From contig JAEMPJ010000007.1 of the NCBI GenBank assembly GCA_022759365.1, positions 9,372-73,371 on the forward strand: DNA of 64,000 nucleotides. Direction: 5' to 3'. The notes below the pieces were generated by a model, which was not told the DNA's origin, did not search any database, and saw only the letters and a program-made list of their open reading frames with translations. This DNA comes from Thermogladius sp. GTDB taxonomy: Archaea; Thermoproteota; Thermoprotei_A; Sulfolobales; Desulfurococcaceae. This document shows, piece after piece, positions 31,819 to 40,598 of the stretch; the stretch's first letter is position 1; every line of letters begins with the position of its first letter. The translations under genes were made by a program, and so were the position numbers.

Positions 31819-33000
31819 TCAACCACCTCTCCTATGATACCACTCGAAGGGGACAAGAGCGTCTGACTCAACCTCCTCAACAAACTTTCTAATGATCTTC
31901 GAGAAGTCTTCTGAAGTGATGTTCACACCGCCTAACCCTGCGACAACATTCTTCACGTAAGGCGTCTTCCTAGAATACCTGGCTATGGAGGCAAGCGTGT
32001 CGAGGAAGATGGGCCCGGCCGAGCCGAAGCTTATAGCCCTGTCGAAGACCACGACGCCTTTAGCCCCCCTAGCCCTCTCGTACAATTGCTCAGCCGGGAA
32101 GGGCCTGTAGTACCTGATTCTAGCTAAGCCCACATCAAAGCCCTCGTCGCGTAACTGTAGGATAGCTTCCTTTAGATCACCCGACCACGCCCCCATGCTT
32201 ACCGCCAGGTATTTGGCGTCCTCGCATTTAAAGCACTCTACTAGGCCCATACTCGGCCTGCCGGCGATCTTCGAATATTCTTCATCGACTTCCGCTATCA
32301 CTTTCTTAGCTTCTTCCATCGCGTTTTGTATATCCATGAAGAACTCCTCTGTGTCCTCGGGTGAAGCCAGGTTGCCTAAAGCCAGGTGGTCGCTACCGTC
32401 GATAACGTATGGCTGCCTCCTTGGACCAAGCCATTCATCGACAGCGCTTTGATCCGGGATTTCAACAGGCATTGTTGTATGCCCAAGTATGAAGCCCTCT
32501 ATCCCCACCATCACTGGGAGGTATACCCTCGGGTCTTCGCTAATCTTGAATGCCTGTAGAGTCAAGTCGAATGCCTCCTGGTTGTCTACGGCGAAGCTCA
32601 TAACCCAGCCGGTATCCCTCTGATCCATGTAGTCGGTGTGATCCGGCCATATGTTCCAGGGCGGCCCAAGAGTCCTGGTGACGATACCCATCACGATCGG
32701 TATGCGAGCCCTTGAAGCCCAGTGTACCATTTCATGCATGTAGAGTAGGCCTTGGCTACTCGTCGCTGTGAAGACTCTTGCCCCCGCGAGAGCGGCCCCG
32801 AAGCACGCCGCTAGAGCCGAGTGCTCCGACTCGACTCTTATCATCACGGCATCCAACTCGCCCCCCTCTATCAGCTCAGCCAGCTTCTCCACGATGCTTG
32901 TCTGGGGTGTGATAGGGTATGCCGCGACAACGTTTACCCGAGCCATCTTAGCCGCGTACGCGATAGAGTAGTTGCCGGTTAAGACGAGCTTCAACCCCAT
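31819..33000 (-). CDS. porA: 2-oxoacid:ferredoxin oxidoreductase alpha subunit
   Basis: AYPITPQT, VESEHSA, TATSSQGL, RPFP. Confidence 0.92.
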   Translation of the reverse strand: MGLKLVLTGNYSIAYAAKMARVNVVAAYPITPQTSIVEKLAELIEGGELDAVMIRVESEHSALAACFGAALAGARVFTATSSQGLLYMHEMVHWASRARIPIVMGIVTRTLGPPWNIWPDHTDYMDQRDTGWVMSFAVDNQEAFDLTLQAFKISEDPRVYLPVMVGIEGFILGHTTMPVEIPDQSAVDEWLGPRRQPYVIDGSDHLALGNLASPEDTEEFFMDIQNAMEEAKKVIAEVDEEYSKIAGRPSMGLVECFKCEDAKYLAVSMGAWSGDLKEAILQLRDEGFDVGLARIRYYRPFPAEQLYERARGAKGVVVFDRAISFGSAGPIFLDTLASIARYSRKTPYVKNVVAGLGGVNITSEDFSKIIRKFVEEVESDALVPFEWYHRRGG

Positions 33001-33004
33001 CCTC

Positions 33005-33280
33005 TCACTCCTCCGGCACCATTTTTATCGCTCCTACAGGGCATACATCTGCGCAGAGGCCGCAGCCCTTACAGTAATCGTAGTTTATTGAGACCCCTGT
33101 CTCAGGCTCGACTCTTATCACGTTGACCGGGCAGTGTATCTCGCAGAGGAAGCACCTAGTGCAAGCGTTGTTGTCGACGATAGGTCTCTCGAGCCTCCAA
33201 CTACCCGTCTTACCGGCTACACCTATACTCGGCCTAGCTAGCGGGATCTTATACCTGGAAGGCTCCACCACCACTCTCAT
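33005..33280 (-). CDS. porD: 2-oxoacid:ferredoxin oxidoreductase delta subunit (2x4Fe-4S)
   Basis: TGSWR..RP, CTRCFLCEIHCP, CKGCGLCADVCP. Confidence 0.92.
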   Translation of the reverse strand: MRVVVEPSRYKIPLARPSIGVAGKTGSWRLERPIVDNNACTRCFLCEIHCPVNVIRVEPETGVSINYDYCKGCGLCADVCPVGAIKMVPEE

Positions 33281-33852
33281 CAAACCACCCTAACAGTGAG
33301 CTCGTAAGCATCTTCAGTTGCCTTCGCGTTAACCTCGCCTATCCTACCGCTAAAATACCTTCTAACAGCTTCTAGAACAGCCTTCTTGGAGACGATGCCG
33401 GTAGCCTTGGATAGAGCCCCCAGCATACTCGTGTTGACAACAGGCCACCCAGCTATTACGAGCCTGTGTTTTAAAGCGATCTGAGTGGCGTTCACAACGT
33501 AAACAGAATACTCTCCTTCAACTCTCAGCTTGAAATCCCTCGGCGGGGTGTTGTAGGGTGTGTTCAAGACGAGGACGCCTTTATCCCTCAACTTGAACTG
33601 GGAGATGTAGTCCTGGTTTAGGAGCTTGTTATCTAATACGACAATTGCGTCAGCGGTATTAAACATGCCGTGTCTTAGAATAGGCTTATCGTCAACCCTG
33701 GAGAACGCTGCTACAGGAGCACCCCTCCTCTCAGCCCCGAAGAAGGGGAAACCCTGGGCTTGGAGGCCGTCTATGAGAGCCGCCTCTACTAGGATGTTAG
33801 CGGCCGTAACTGCTCCCTGACCACCCCTGCCCACGAACACGATCTCGTACAT
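33280..33852 (-). CDS. porG: 2-oxoacid:ferredoxin oxidoreductase gamma subunit
   Basis: GRGGQGAVTA, FGAERRGAP, NTSMLGA. Confidence 0.92.
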   Translation of the reverse strand: MYEIVFVGRGGQGAVTAANILVEAALIDGLQAQGFPFFGAERRGAPVAAFSRVDDKPILRHGMFNTADAIVVLDNKLLNQDYISQFKLRDKGVLVLNTPYNTPPRDFKLRVEGEYSVYVVNATQIALKHRLVIAGWPVVNTSMLGALSKATGIVSKKAVLEAVRRYFSGRIGEVNAKATEDAYELTVRVV

Positions 33853-33886
33853 TAGCACACCGTGAAATAACAATGCAGATACGCGT

Positions 33887-33938
33887 GTTAAAAACGTTAT
33901 ATATGCGTATTGATAATATAGTTGAAAACGTTATGTAT
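33887..33938. promoter_or_regulatory. two 18-nt direct repeats, each containing GTT-N3-AAC (SurR-type site), over the por promoter
   Basis: GTTAAAAACGTTATATAT (33887-33904) and GTTGAAAACGTTATGTAT (33921-33938), 16/18 identical. Confidence 0.6.
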
Positions 33939-34011
33939 CTATGTAGACGGGGCATGGAATCACTGCCTATTTAATTAGATCTCAGATAATGTATCCAAGG
34001 AGGTGGATTAG

Positions 34012-34254
34012 TTGACTATCTACTGGGAGAGATGCGACTTCTGCGGCCAGCACAACGCTACAAGAGAGTGCACCATGTTCCCTGAATTATACGTCTGCCC
34101 CCACTGCTGCTTATCCTGCATGAAGAGGAACGTCTGCCCAAACCCAGCATGGAAATTCTCTTTCGAGCTTAAACCAGCACCTAGGCCAGCCCGTAAGACA
34201 TCCGGTAAAGAGGCTCTACTAGACCTCTTGTCTAAACTCGAGGAGAAGAAGTAG
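34012..34254 (+). CDS. small Cys-rich (probable Zn- or Fe-binding) hypothetical protein
   Basis: Strong SD AGGAGGTG; CDFC, C, CPHCCLSC and CP motifs. Confidence 0.8.
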   Translation: MTIYWERCDFCGQHNATRECTMFPELYVCPHCCLSCMKRNVCPNPAWKFSFELKPAPRPARKTSGKEALLDLLSKLEEKK

Positions 34255-34400
34255 GCTAATACCTGGTGAGCCCCAGCTAACGCCGGTTTCGATTTAGTGA
34301 CTCCATGCTCCCAGATTAGGATCAGGTAGAATAGCCGCGTTGACGAGGAGACCGGGGTTCTCCATCTCCCAGGCGGGTGTAATAGACAACTCTAAAGCAC

Positions 34401-35048
34401 TTATGTCTCGGAGCGCGAACTGGATATGCTGGAGTATTTCGCATGGTATAACTCTTGTAGTTTCTTCAGCGACTTCTTGGGTATACTGAACCAGCCCGTT
34501 ATGTGGGCTAGTATGTATATATGCGCCATCCTCTCGACAACCTCTAGTACTTCTAACGCTTCCTCGAGGTTTCTACCACACGTTATTACGCCGCGGTTTG
34601 CCAATAGAGCGGCCGACCTATCCCGCAGGGCCTTTACAACCTCCTCCGCCAGCTCTCTAGTGCCGAAGGGAGCGTATCCGGCTACTCTGACTTCCCCACC
34701 AGTGTATAGTACCAACTCTTCTGTCAAGGGGGGTAGGGGTCGCCGGGCTACTGCTAGCGTACTAGCGTATACTGGGTATGCATGTATAACGGCATTGAAG
34801 TGAGAGTAGTTCCTGTAGATCTCTAAGTGTAGGTTTACTTCGGGAGTAGGTTTGAGCCTACCCTCTAATACCTCGCCCTCGAGATTAACCAACACTATAT
34901 CCTCAGGGGTCATGGCTGACTTGACCGCACCGCTAGGAGTAATCAATATCCTATCAGCTCCAACCCTGGCACTGACACTACCAACACCACCATAATTCAA
35001 CCCCATACCATCCATATACTTCACTGCATCAACAATTCTCTTCCTCAA
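34401..35048 (-). CDS. class II aldolase/adducin-family protein with degenerate metal site (possible pseudogene)
   Basis: ILITPSG, PTPE..LHLEIY, AVIHAY, LLANRGV. Confidence 0.75.
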   Translation of the reverse strand: MRKRIVDAVKYMDGMGLNYGGVGSVSARVGADRILITPSGAVKSAMTPEDIVLVNLEGEVLEGRLKPTPEVNLHLEIYRNYSHFNAVIHAYPVYASTLAVARRPLPPLTEELVLYTGGEVRVAGYAPFGTRELAEEVVKALRDRSAALLANRGVITCGRNLEEALEVLEVVERMAHIYILAHITGWFSIPKKSLKKLQELYHAKYSSISSSRSET

Positions 35049-35417
35049 TTCGTAAAGGGGCTCCGAAATCGAATACCCCCTCCATGTTAATCAGGATTCT
35101 TGACGCCGATATATATGTTGAAAGATGATGTTTGTGGACGATTGAGGTTGGCCCATATTTGATTGTATTAGATACTACCCCTATGTCGTTAATCTGCTCG
35201 TGTTCTAAACTCCTCACATTGGTAATAACTCTTCACATCTTCTCTTTGGGAGCCATAGGAACCTCGATAAGGGGTCATCAGTGAAGCCTACGTCTAGTAA
35301 ATCAGGTTTACAAAGCGAATTATTCAAACATAGATGGTAGAGATAGGTAGAAGCGGGCGGTGAAGGAGTCTACAGTTATCCATAGCTAGGTTCAAGTGAT
35401 TATGAATCAGTCGCAGA

Positions 35418-36173
35418 TTACTCGGCTCTAGGCGTCAGCCAGTATACTATTGAGCCCCCTCCCTCAAGCTCGAAGACTATTTTCATAGGCTTGTCATTGT
35501 CGAAGGATAACGTGATGTTCTTCGAGGCGGATGCCGCCCGGACAGCCAGCTTGAGTAAGTCGATGGTGTAGGTAGCCTTAGCCTCGTTCACCGTGGAAGA
35601 GACTGAGATCAGCGGTGACCCCTCCTCGAATACAGCCCTGTACTCCTTCTGTTGCTCTCCCGTGGAGACATAGAGCTTATTGTCCTTGAAGTGGAATGTA
35701 GCATAGTCCCCCACGGCGTTTAAGTCTCTTATGAGGAGCCTGAAGTCGCTTGCTAGGATCGTTACTGTAACCCCTAGCTCTATATTCAGGTCTGGCACCT
35801 CCTCAGGTACAGTCGACTTTAGCTCTACGAAAAACGTCCTCTCAACACCAGTCTTCTTGTTTCTAAAGACAGTCTTCAACACACCGGCATTCTTATCCAG
35901 CTCTAAAGCCAGGATATCCGTCCTGCCACCCCTCCTCAAGACCTTGTTTAAATCCGTTGTGGAAACCACGAAATAGTCCTCCGCTTCGAAATGGTACTCC
36001 TCGAAGGCCACGCTAGGGATTTTGACGATCGTCATCGCGGTCTTATCGGGGCTGAAGACTTTGACTTCAAGAGCATCCGGTTTAATGAAGAACGGGGCCT
36101 CATCGGTTATTTTAACCAGTGCCGCCGCAATGGCTTTAAACTTGCTTCCAGACGGGTATACTGCTCTAAACAA
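35418..36173 (-). CDS. pcn: DNA polymerase sliding clamp PCNA paralogue
   Basis: FRAVYP, DEAPF, KPMKIVFELEGG.IVYWLTPR; TTG start after GAAGGTG. Confidence 0.9.
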   Translation of the reverse strand: MFRAVYPSGSKFKAIAAALVKITDEAPFFIKPDALEVKVFSPDKTAMTIVKIPSVAFEEYHFEAEDYFVVSTTDLNKVLRRGGRTDILALELDKNAGVLKTVFRNKKTGVERTFFVELKSTVPEEVPDLNIELGVTVTILASDFRLLIRDLNAVGDYATFHFKDNKLYVSTGEQQKEYRAVFEEGSPLISVSSTVNEAKATYTIDLLKLAVRAASASKNITLSFDNDKPMKIVFELEGGGSIVYWLTPRAE

Positions 36174-36261
36174 ATGAGACACCTTCACTAGATTATTAAC
36201 CCTACTTCTATTATTAAACTTACGACGGGAAAAGCTACGTAACTCAGAGCCTTGAGCAGAG

Positions 36262-36648
36262 TTGGGATTCATGCAGGTTAAAATAAACATAGATTTCACG
36301 GGGTCGGCTCACGTGGTTTTGAAGAAGGAAGATGCTTTAAGCCTGCTGGATAAGATTTCAGAGTCTATAGGAGAATCAAGGAATCTATCGGAGTCGTTGA
36401 GGATTATAAGAAACTTCGACGAGTATTACAGGCTGAGTAGGAAAAAATTTGAGGAATACCTGTTCCCCCCGAAAGATCCAGCTGAATCGCTTAGGGGGCT
36501 CGTTGTAGTTCAGAAGATAAGGTTGATGAAAAACAAGGAGGATCTCGTCGAGCTAGTCTTCGATAGGAGAGTAGAAACCAATCTGATAGTAGAGGCTTTG
36601 AAGAAAATAGGCTTCGATGAGGTAGTCGTAGAGAAACAAAGCTTCTAG
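36262..36648 (+). CDS. hypothetical protein
   Basis: 128-codon ORF with protein-like composition filling the gap between PCNA and Rpo13; ATG at 36271 likely. Confidence 0.7.
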   Translation: MGFMQVKINIDFTGSAHVVLKKEDALSLLDKISESIGESRNLSESLRIIRNFDEYYRLSRKKFEEYLFPPKDPAESLRGLVVVQKIRLMKNKEDLVELVFDRRVETNLIVEALKKIGFDEVVVEKQSF

Positions 36649-36965
36649 GATTCCCCGCTCTTCTTCCTGCTTCTCGACTTACTCTTCCCCTTCCTCGATT
36701 TCTTGGCTGTACCAGCCTTCTTTCCCCTACCAGGCTTTTTCTTAACCTGTTTTACAACCGGTGTACTCGGGGTGGTTTTCAACACATCTAAACTCTCCTC
36801 GCCGGCTATCACTTTCTCCCATTTACGGGTCAGATCAACTAACTGCTCCAACAGAGCTATCTTACTTGGTGTAACCTCGACTTCCTCTCCCTCCTCTTCA
36901 ACAGCTTCCTCGGCTGGAGACTCCTCTTTCTCTTCTGGTTCCTCGCCTTCTTCTTCAAGTATCAT
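36645..36965 (-). CDS. rpo13: RNA polymerase subunit Rpo13
   Basis: Acidic N-terminus, helical core IALLEQLVDLTRKWEKVIAGE, Lys/Ser-rich C-terminal tail. Confidence 0.75.
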   Translation of the reverse strand: MILEEEGEEPEEKEESPAEEAVEEEGEEVEVTPSKIALLEQLVDLTRKWEKVIAGEESLDVLKTTPSTPVVKQVKKKPGRGKKAGTAKKSRKGKSKSRSRKKSGES

Positions 36966-38866
36966 GAGGCAACACCTTGGCGATTAGGTTTATATGTCTT
37001 AGAGGCAAGAAATATGTTTTCGCTTCCAAGCAGGCTAACCATGTAGTAGCCTGGTCTAAGTTTAGACAGGGTCTTCTCGATCAACCTCAGCTTCCCGGAG
37101 GGGCCGCCGGGCGATAGAAGCCTCGCGACATAGCTTATACTCCTAGGCTCCCCCAGCCCGAATACGACTCTGATCCCCGAGTTCACTATTATCGATTCAG
37201 GCAGGGTGAACGGGTTTTGAACCACTGATATAATGCTGAACCCGAACTTCCTGCTCTCCATGTACAACCTCGATAAAGTCTCTTCAAGAACCCTGCTCCT
37301 CGTTAACGAAGCCGCCTCCTCGACGACTATAACCAGGCGTCTATCAAGCCCCCGCCTGTTCATCTCACCCAAAGCCTGTTGGAGAATCAAGTCAACGTAG
37401 ATCAACCTAGCGTAATCGTCGGGGGCGCTGGATAAGTCGATTATAACGTTCCCATCGAGAAGGCTGGGCAACCCTCCCGCTTCACCTCCATGGGATAAAG
37501 TCTCCTCAAGAGTCCTCACGTAGGGGAGTAGTGAGGCGTATGCTACTTTACTCGACGATTCCTCTACACATGTTTCGACAAGGTCTCTCAAGGTGGGAGG
37601 CTGCCTGCTCCACGTGGTTCTATCCTCCTCGAGAATACCTTTCCTCCTATACGTCTCTACGATCAAATCTTCGAGGGCTCGGCGCTGGATGGGGCCCAGG
37701 TTAAAGAAGCTGGCAACGATGTCGGAGAGCCTGCGGGCCCTTTCTCTAGGTGATCTCGAGCCGAGGTGTAGGATGTTCAAGCCCAGATCCCACGGGTTTA
37801 TCAGTGTGACATTGCCTACTAGGCCAGCTAACTCGATGTACTCGCCGTGCGGGTCGAAAACCATGATGTTATAGCCTCCTCTCAACGCAAGCTCTTTCAC
37901 AAGGTTTTTCACGAAAGTGCTCTTCCCCATACCTGAAGACCCTATTACTATTACATGCGTGTTGGCCAGCTTCTCAGGGTTGACTGAGAGCTGAACACCT
38001 AGACGACCCCAATACCAGTCATCCCCTGTATCACCGAGCCCGGGGAGCTTAACGGGGTCTAGCCTTTTACCTTTACGCGCCACGCCTATTCCAAAACCCA
38101 GGTCTAAACCGCCCTCACCAAGCAAATCCACCACGTCCGAGAGGCGGTAGCCTACTTCAACGGAGAAATACCATAAAAACTCGCTCGCTAACACTGTTGC
38201 CGCCAGAAGGCCTGTGGCCGAAGCAACTGCGAAACCGATGTACCCGATTACAGCCTCGTTGAGCCCAGTGGAAGAGCCTGCCCGGCTACTGGTAACATAC
38301 ACTGAAAGAGAGCTGAAGAGAATGTTTACGGGGAGGAGCTGTAGAACATGGATGTTGAAGCCGGAGATCTTGCTGAGAAGGAAGCTCGGGGTGATAGATG
38401 CTGATAAAGCGTAGAAATATATCGCCAGGAACGCTGGGAAAAAACTTGACCCCAGGATTCTCCGTCTCCCTAAAACGGCTATTGAGCGCGGAAAATACTT
38501 CAGTACATCCCCGCGTAAAATTTTAACATATATGAAGTAGTAGCCGACTGCTAGGATAGATAGAAAATACGTGAAGCCGTCTAGTGTAAAAACCCATCCC
38601 CTGCCCCCAACGATAAATGTGCTTACAATGTAAAACCAGGCCCCATTTAGAGCGGCGATTACAAGGGAGTCGTAGGCGACAGCGCTTAAGAGGCTGAAGC
38701 CTAGAACCATGGATGCCGCTAAAACCGGGTCGAGTATTCCGCTGGCGAGCAATGAGAATTCTCCTAGTGTAGTCATGAGACGGGATCTTATGGTTGCGTA
38801 TATTGATAGAAGTAGTAGCTCAGATAAAATTAGTAGTGGCGGCCTAAGAGTCTTGAAGAGGCCCAT
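36962..38866 (-). CDS. membrane-anchored HerA/VirD4-like ATPase (N-terminal multi-TM domain)
   Basis: ~230-aa hydrophobic N-terminus; GSSGMGKS, FDPHGEY, VVEEA, ESRKFG, QNP. Confidence 0.85.
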   Translation of the reverse strand: MGLFKTLRPPLLILSELLLLSIYATIRSRLMTTLGEFSLLASGILDPVLAASMVLGFSLLSAVAYDSLVIAALNGAWFYIVSTFIVGGRGWVFTLDGFTYFLSILAVGYYFIYVKILRGDVLKYFPRSIAVLGRRRILGSSFFPAFLAIYFYALSASITPSFLLSKISGFNIHVLQLLPVNILFSSLSVYVTSSRAGSSTGLNEAVIGYIGFAVASATGLLAATVLASEFLWYFSVEVGYRLSDVVDLLGEGGLDLGFGIGVARKGKRLDPVKLPGLGDTGDDWYWGRLGVQLSVNPEKLANTHVIVIGSSGMGKSTFVKNLVKELALRGGYNIMVFDPHGEYIELAGLVGNVTLINPWDLGLNILHLGSRSPRERARRLSDIVASFFNLGPIQRRALEDLIVETYRRKGILEEDRTTWSRQPPTLRDLVETCVEESSSKVAYASLLPYVRTLEETLSHGGEAGGLPSLLDGNVIIDLSSAPDDYARLIYVDLILQQALGEMNRRGLDRRLVIVVEEAASLTRSRVLEETLSRLYMESRKFGFSIISVVQNPFTLPESIIVNSGIRVVFGLGEPRSISYVARLLSPGGPSGKLRLIEKTLSKLRPGYYMVSLLGSENIFLASKTYKPNRQGVAS

Positions 38867-38877
38867 GTACCCTGGGA

Positions 38878-39942
38878 CTACCTCTCGAAGAGCTTTTTCA
38901 AGTTTTCCTCGAAAGGCGGGTAGACGACGCCCTTCTCCGTTATGATCGCAGTAACAAGGTCTGGATCCGTTATGTCGAAAGCATAGTTCAACGCGTTTAC
39001 ATTCTCAAGTGTTATCAGCCTGCCCATCACTGTCTTCACCTCCATGGGGTTTCTCTCCTCAATTATCACGTCACGGATGCTCGAGTTCAAGTCGATAGTG
39101 CTCGTGGGGGCGGCCACGTAGAACGGGATGTTATTCCTCTTCGCCGCCAACGCTATCATGTAGGTGCCAATCTTGTTGACTACAAAGCCCTCTCTCGTAA
39201 TCCTGTCAGCGCCCACGACCACCAGGTCTACCAACCCCCGCCTAATCACGTAGCCGGCCATATTGTCCGTAATCAATGTTACAGGTATACCCTCTTTCAT
39301 CAACTCCCACACGGTCAGCCTAGCCCCCTGGAGGAGGGGCCTTGTCTCCGTCGCGATCACTTTGATCTTCTTCCCCTTATACCATGCGACACGGATCACG
39401 GCCTCTGCCGTCCCGAAGGCTGATGTGGCTAGAGCACCCGCATTGCAGTGGGTTAGGATCGTCGCCCCTTCTCTAACGAGCTCTGCTCCGTACTCCCCTA
39501 TTTTTATGTTGGCTTCAATATCTTCATTAAGTATTCTAAGGGCCTCTTCCACGAGAGCGTCCGCGAGCTCCCGGGGGTTTAGGCCCGATGCCGAGGCGAT
39601 CTTCCTCCTCATCCTCTCGAGAGCCCAGAACAAGTTGTATGCTGTGGGTCTAGTCCTCCACAAGAGGTCTATCGCCTCGTGAAGCTTCTCCTGGATATTG
39701 GCGGCGTTTTCCCCCGCCAGCTTGCTTGCGTAGGCTGCCACAGCGAGGGCTGCGATAACGCCTATTGCCGGCGCCCCCCTGACCTCCATTTCTATGATCG
39801 CTTTGGCTATGCGAACCGGGTCGTTGCTGCAGACCACTTCCTCCTCGAAGGGTAGCTTGAGGGTGTTGATCCAGCAAACCCTCCTGCTTGAGTCATCCCA
39901 CCAAACAGCCTTAACCGTGATAGGGTAGCTGTAGCTATGCAT
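38878..39942 (-). CDS. mtnA: methylthioribose-1-phosphate isomerase (eIF2B-alpha family)
   Basis: VRGAPAIG, TRPTAYNL, LTHCNAG, ETRPLLQGARLT, NKIGT, AFDIT. Confidence 0.9.
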   Translation of the reverse strand: MHSYSYPITVKAVWWDDSSRRVCWINTLKLPFEEEVVCSNDPVRIAKAIIEMEVRGAPAIGVIAALAVAAYASKLAGENAANIQEKLHEAIDLLWRTRPTAYNLFWALERMRRKIASASGLNPRELADALVEEALRILNEDIEANIKIGEYGAELVREGATILTHCNAGALATSAFGTAEAVIRVAWYKGKKIKVIATETRPLLQGARLTVWELMKEGIPVTLITDNMAGYVIRRGLVDLVVVGADRITREGFVVNKIGTYMIALAAKRNNIPFYVAAPTSTIDLNSSIRDVIIEERNPMEVKTVMGRLITLENVNALNYAFDITDPDLVTAIITEKGVVYPPFEENLKKLFER

Positions 39943-39997
39943 TAAAACACCTTGTAAATTATGAGATAGTGGAGAGCTGGTATTTAAGGTAAGCTTG

Positions 39998-40501
39998 ATG
40001 AACGCTCTTGTAAAAGTGGATAAAGGCTCGTGCACAGGCCTGGTTGAAGATGGGGGTGCGAGAGAGTTCGAGGAAAAATGGTTTGGCGAGAAGAGCGGTG
40101 ACAAGCTATTCTTAAACATCATAGAGATCTCCTACCTGCTTCTAACAGGTAGGATCATAGTTGAAACAGACGGTAGAATTATCTCCACACTCGAGGACTT
40201 CATGAAATCGTCGCTCGAATGCTTCAAGGAATACTCGTGGTCCAACCTAGTAGTCTACAAGGATCTAAGAGATAGGGGTAGGAAAGTGAGGGTTCTCGGG
40301 AAGAACGTGTTCATGATGAAGGATAAACACGGTGATATAAGGCTCGTGCTAATCCTAGAGGAGAAGAGCCCGCTTGGAGTTAAAGACATCATCGAATTCG
40401 CCGAGAAGTCTATGAGGAACAACATAACCCCTATAGTAGCCATTGTAAGCCTCCAGGGCGAGATAACATACTACGAGCTAGCCAGGATCGAGCCTTCATA
40501 A
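39998..40501 (+). CDS. endA: tRNA splicing endonuclease structural (beta) subunit
   Basis: L.L...EISYL, VYKDLRDRG, VAIV...GEITYY; lacks the catalytic Y/H/K pattern. Confidence 0.8.
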   Translation: MNALVKVDKGSCTGLVEDGGAREFEEKWFGEKSGDKLFLNIIEISYLLLTGRIIVETDGRIISTLEDFMKSSLECFKEYSWSNLVVYKDLRDRGRKVRVLGKNVFMMKDKHGDIRLVLILEEKSPLGVKDIIEFAEKSMRNNITPIVAIVSLQGEITYYELARIEPS

Positions 40502-40598
40502 CCCTTCCACCGAGGAAAGATCGGAGCGTCTACGATCCATTTCCGTTAATAACCTTCTCAACAACTAGTTTAATCAACATGTGTGTTAAGGGGTACGT

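Noticed and set aside
35029..35417. 62-aa ORF or sRNA in the long spacer before PCNA (contains CTGATGA on the minus strand)
   Set aside because: No SD or recognisable motif for the ORF and no matching D/D' boxes; may be decayed sequence
38878..40122. Extended N-termini of mtnA, PCNA (to 36299), RadA-like (from 50072) and PAN (to 61827)
   Set aside because: The extensions overlap divergent genes or promoters; shorter starts fit family N-termini and SD positions
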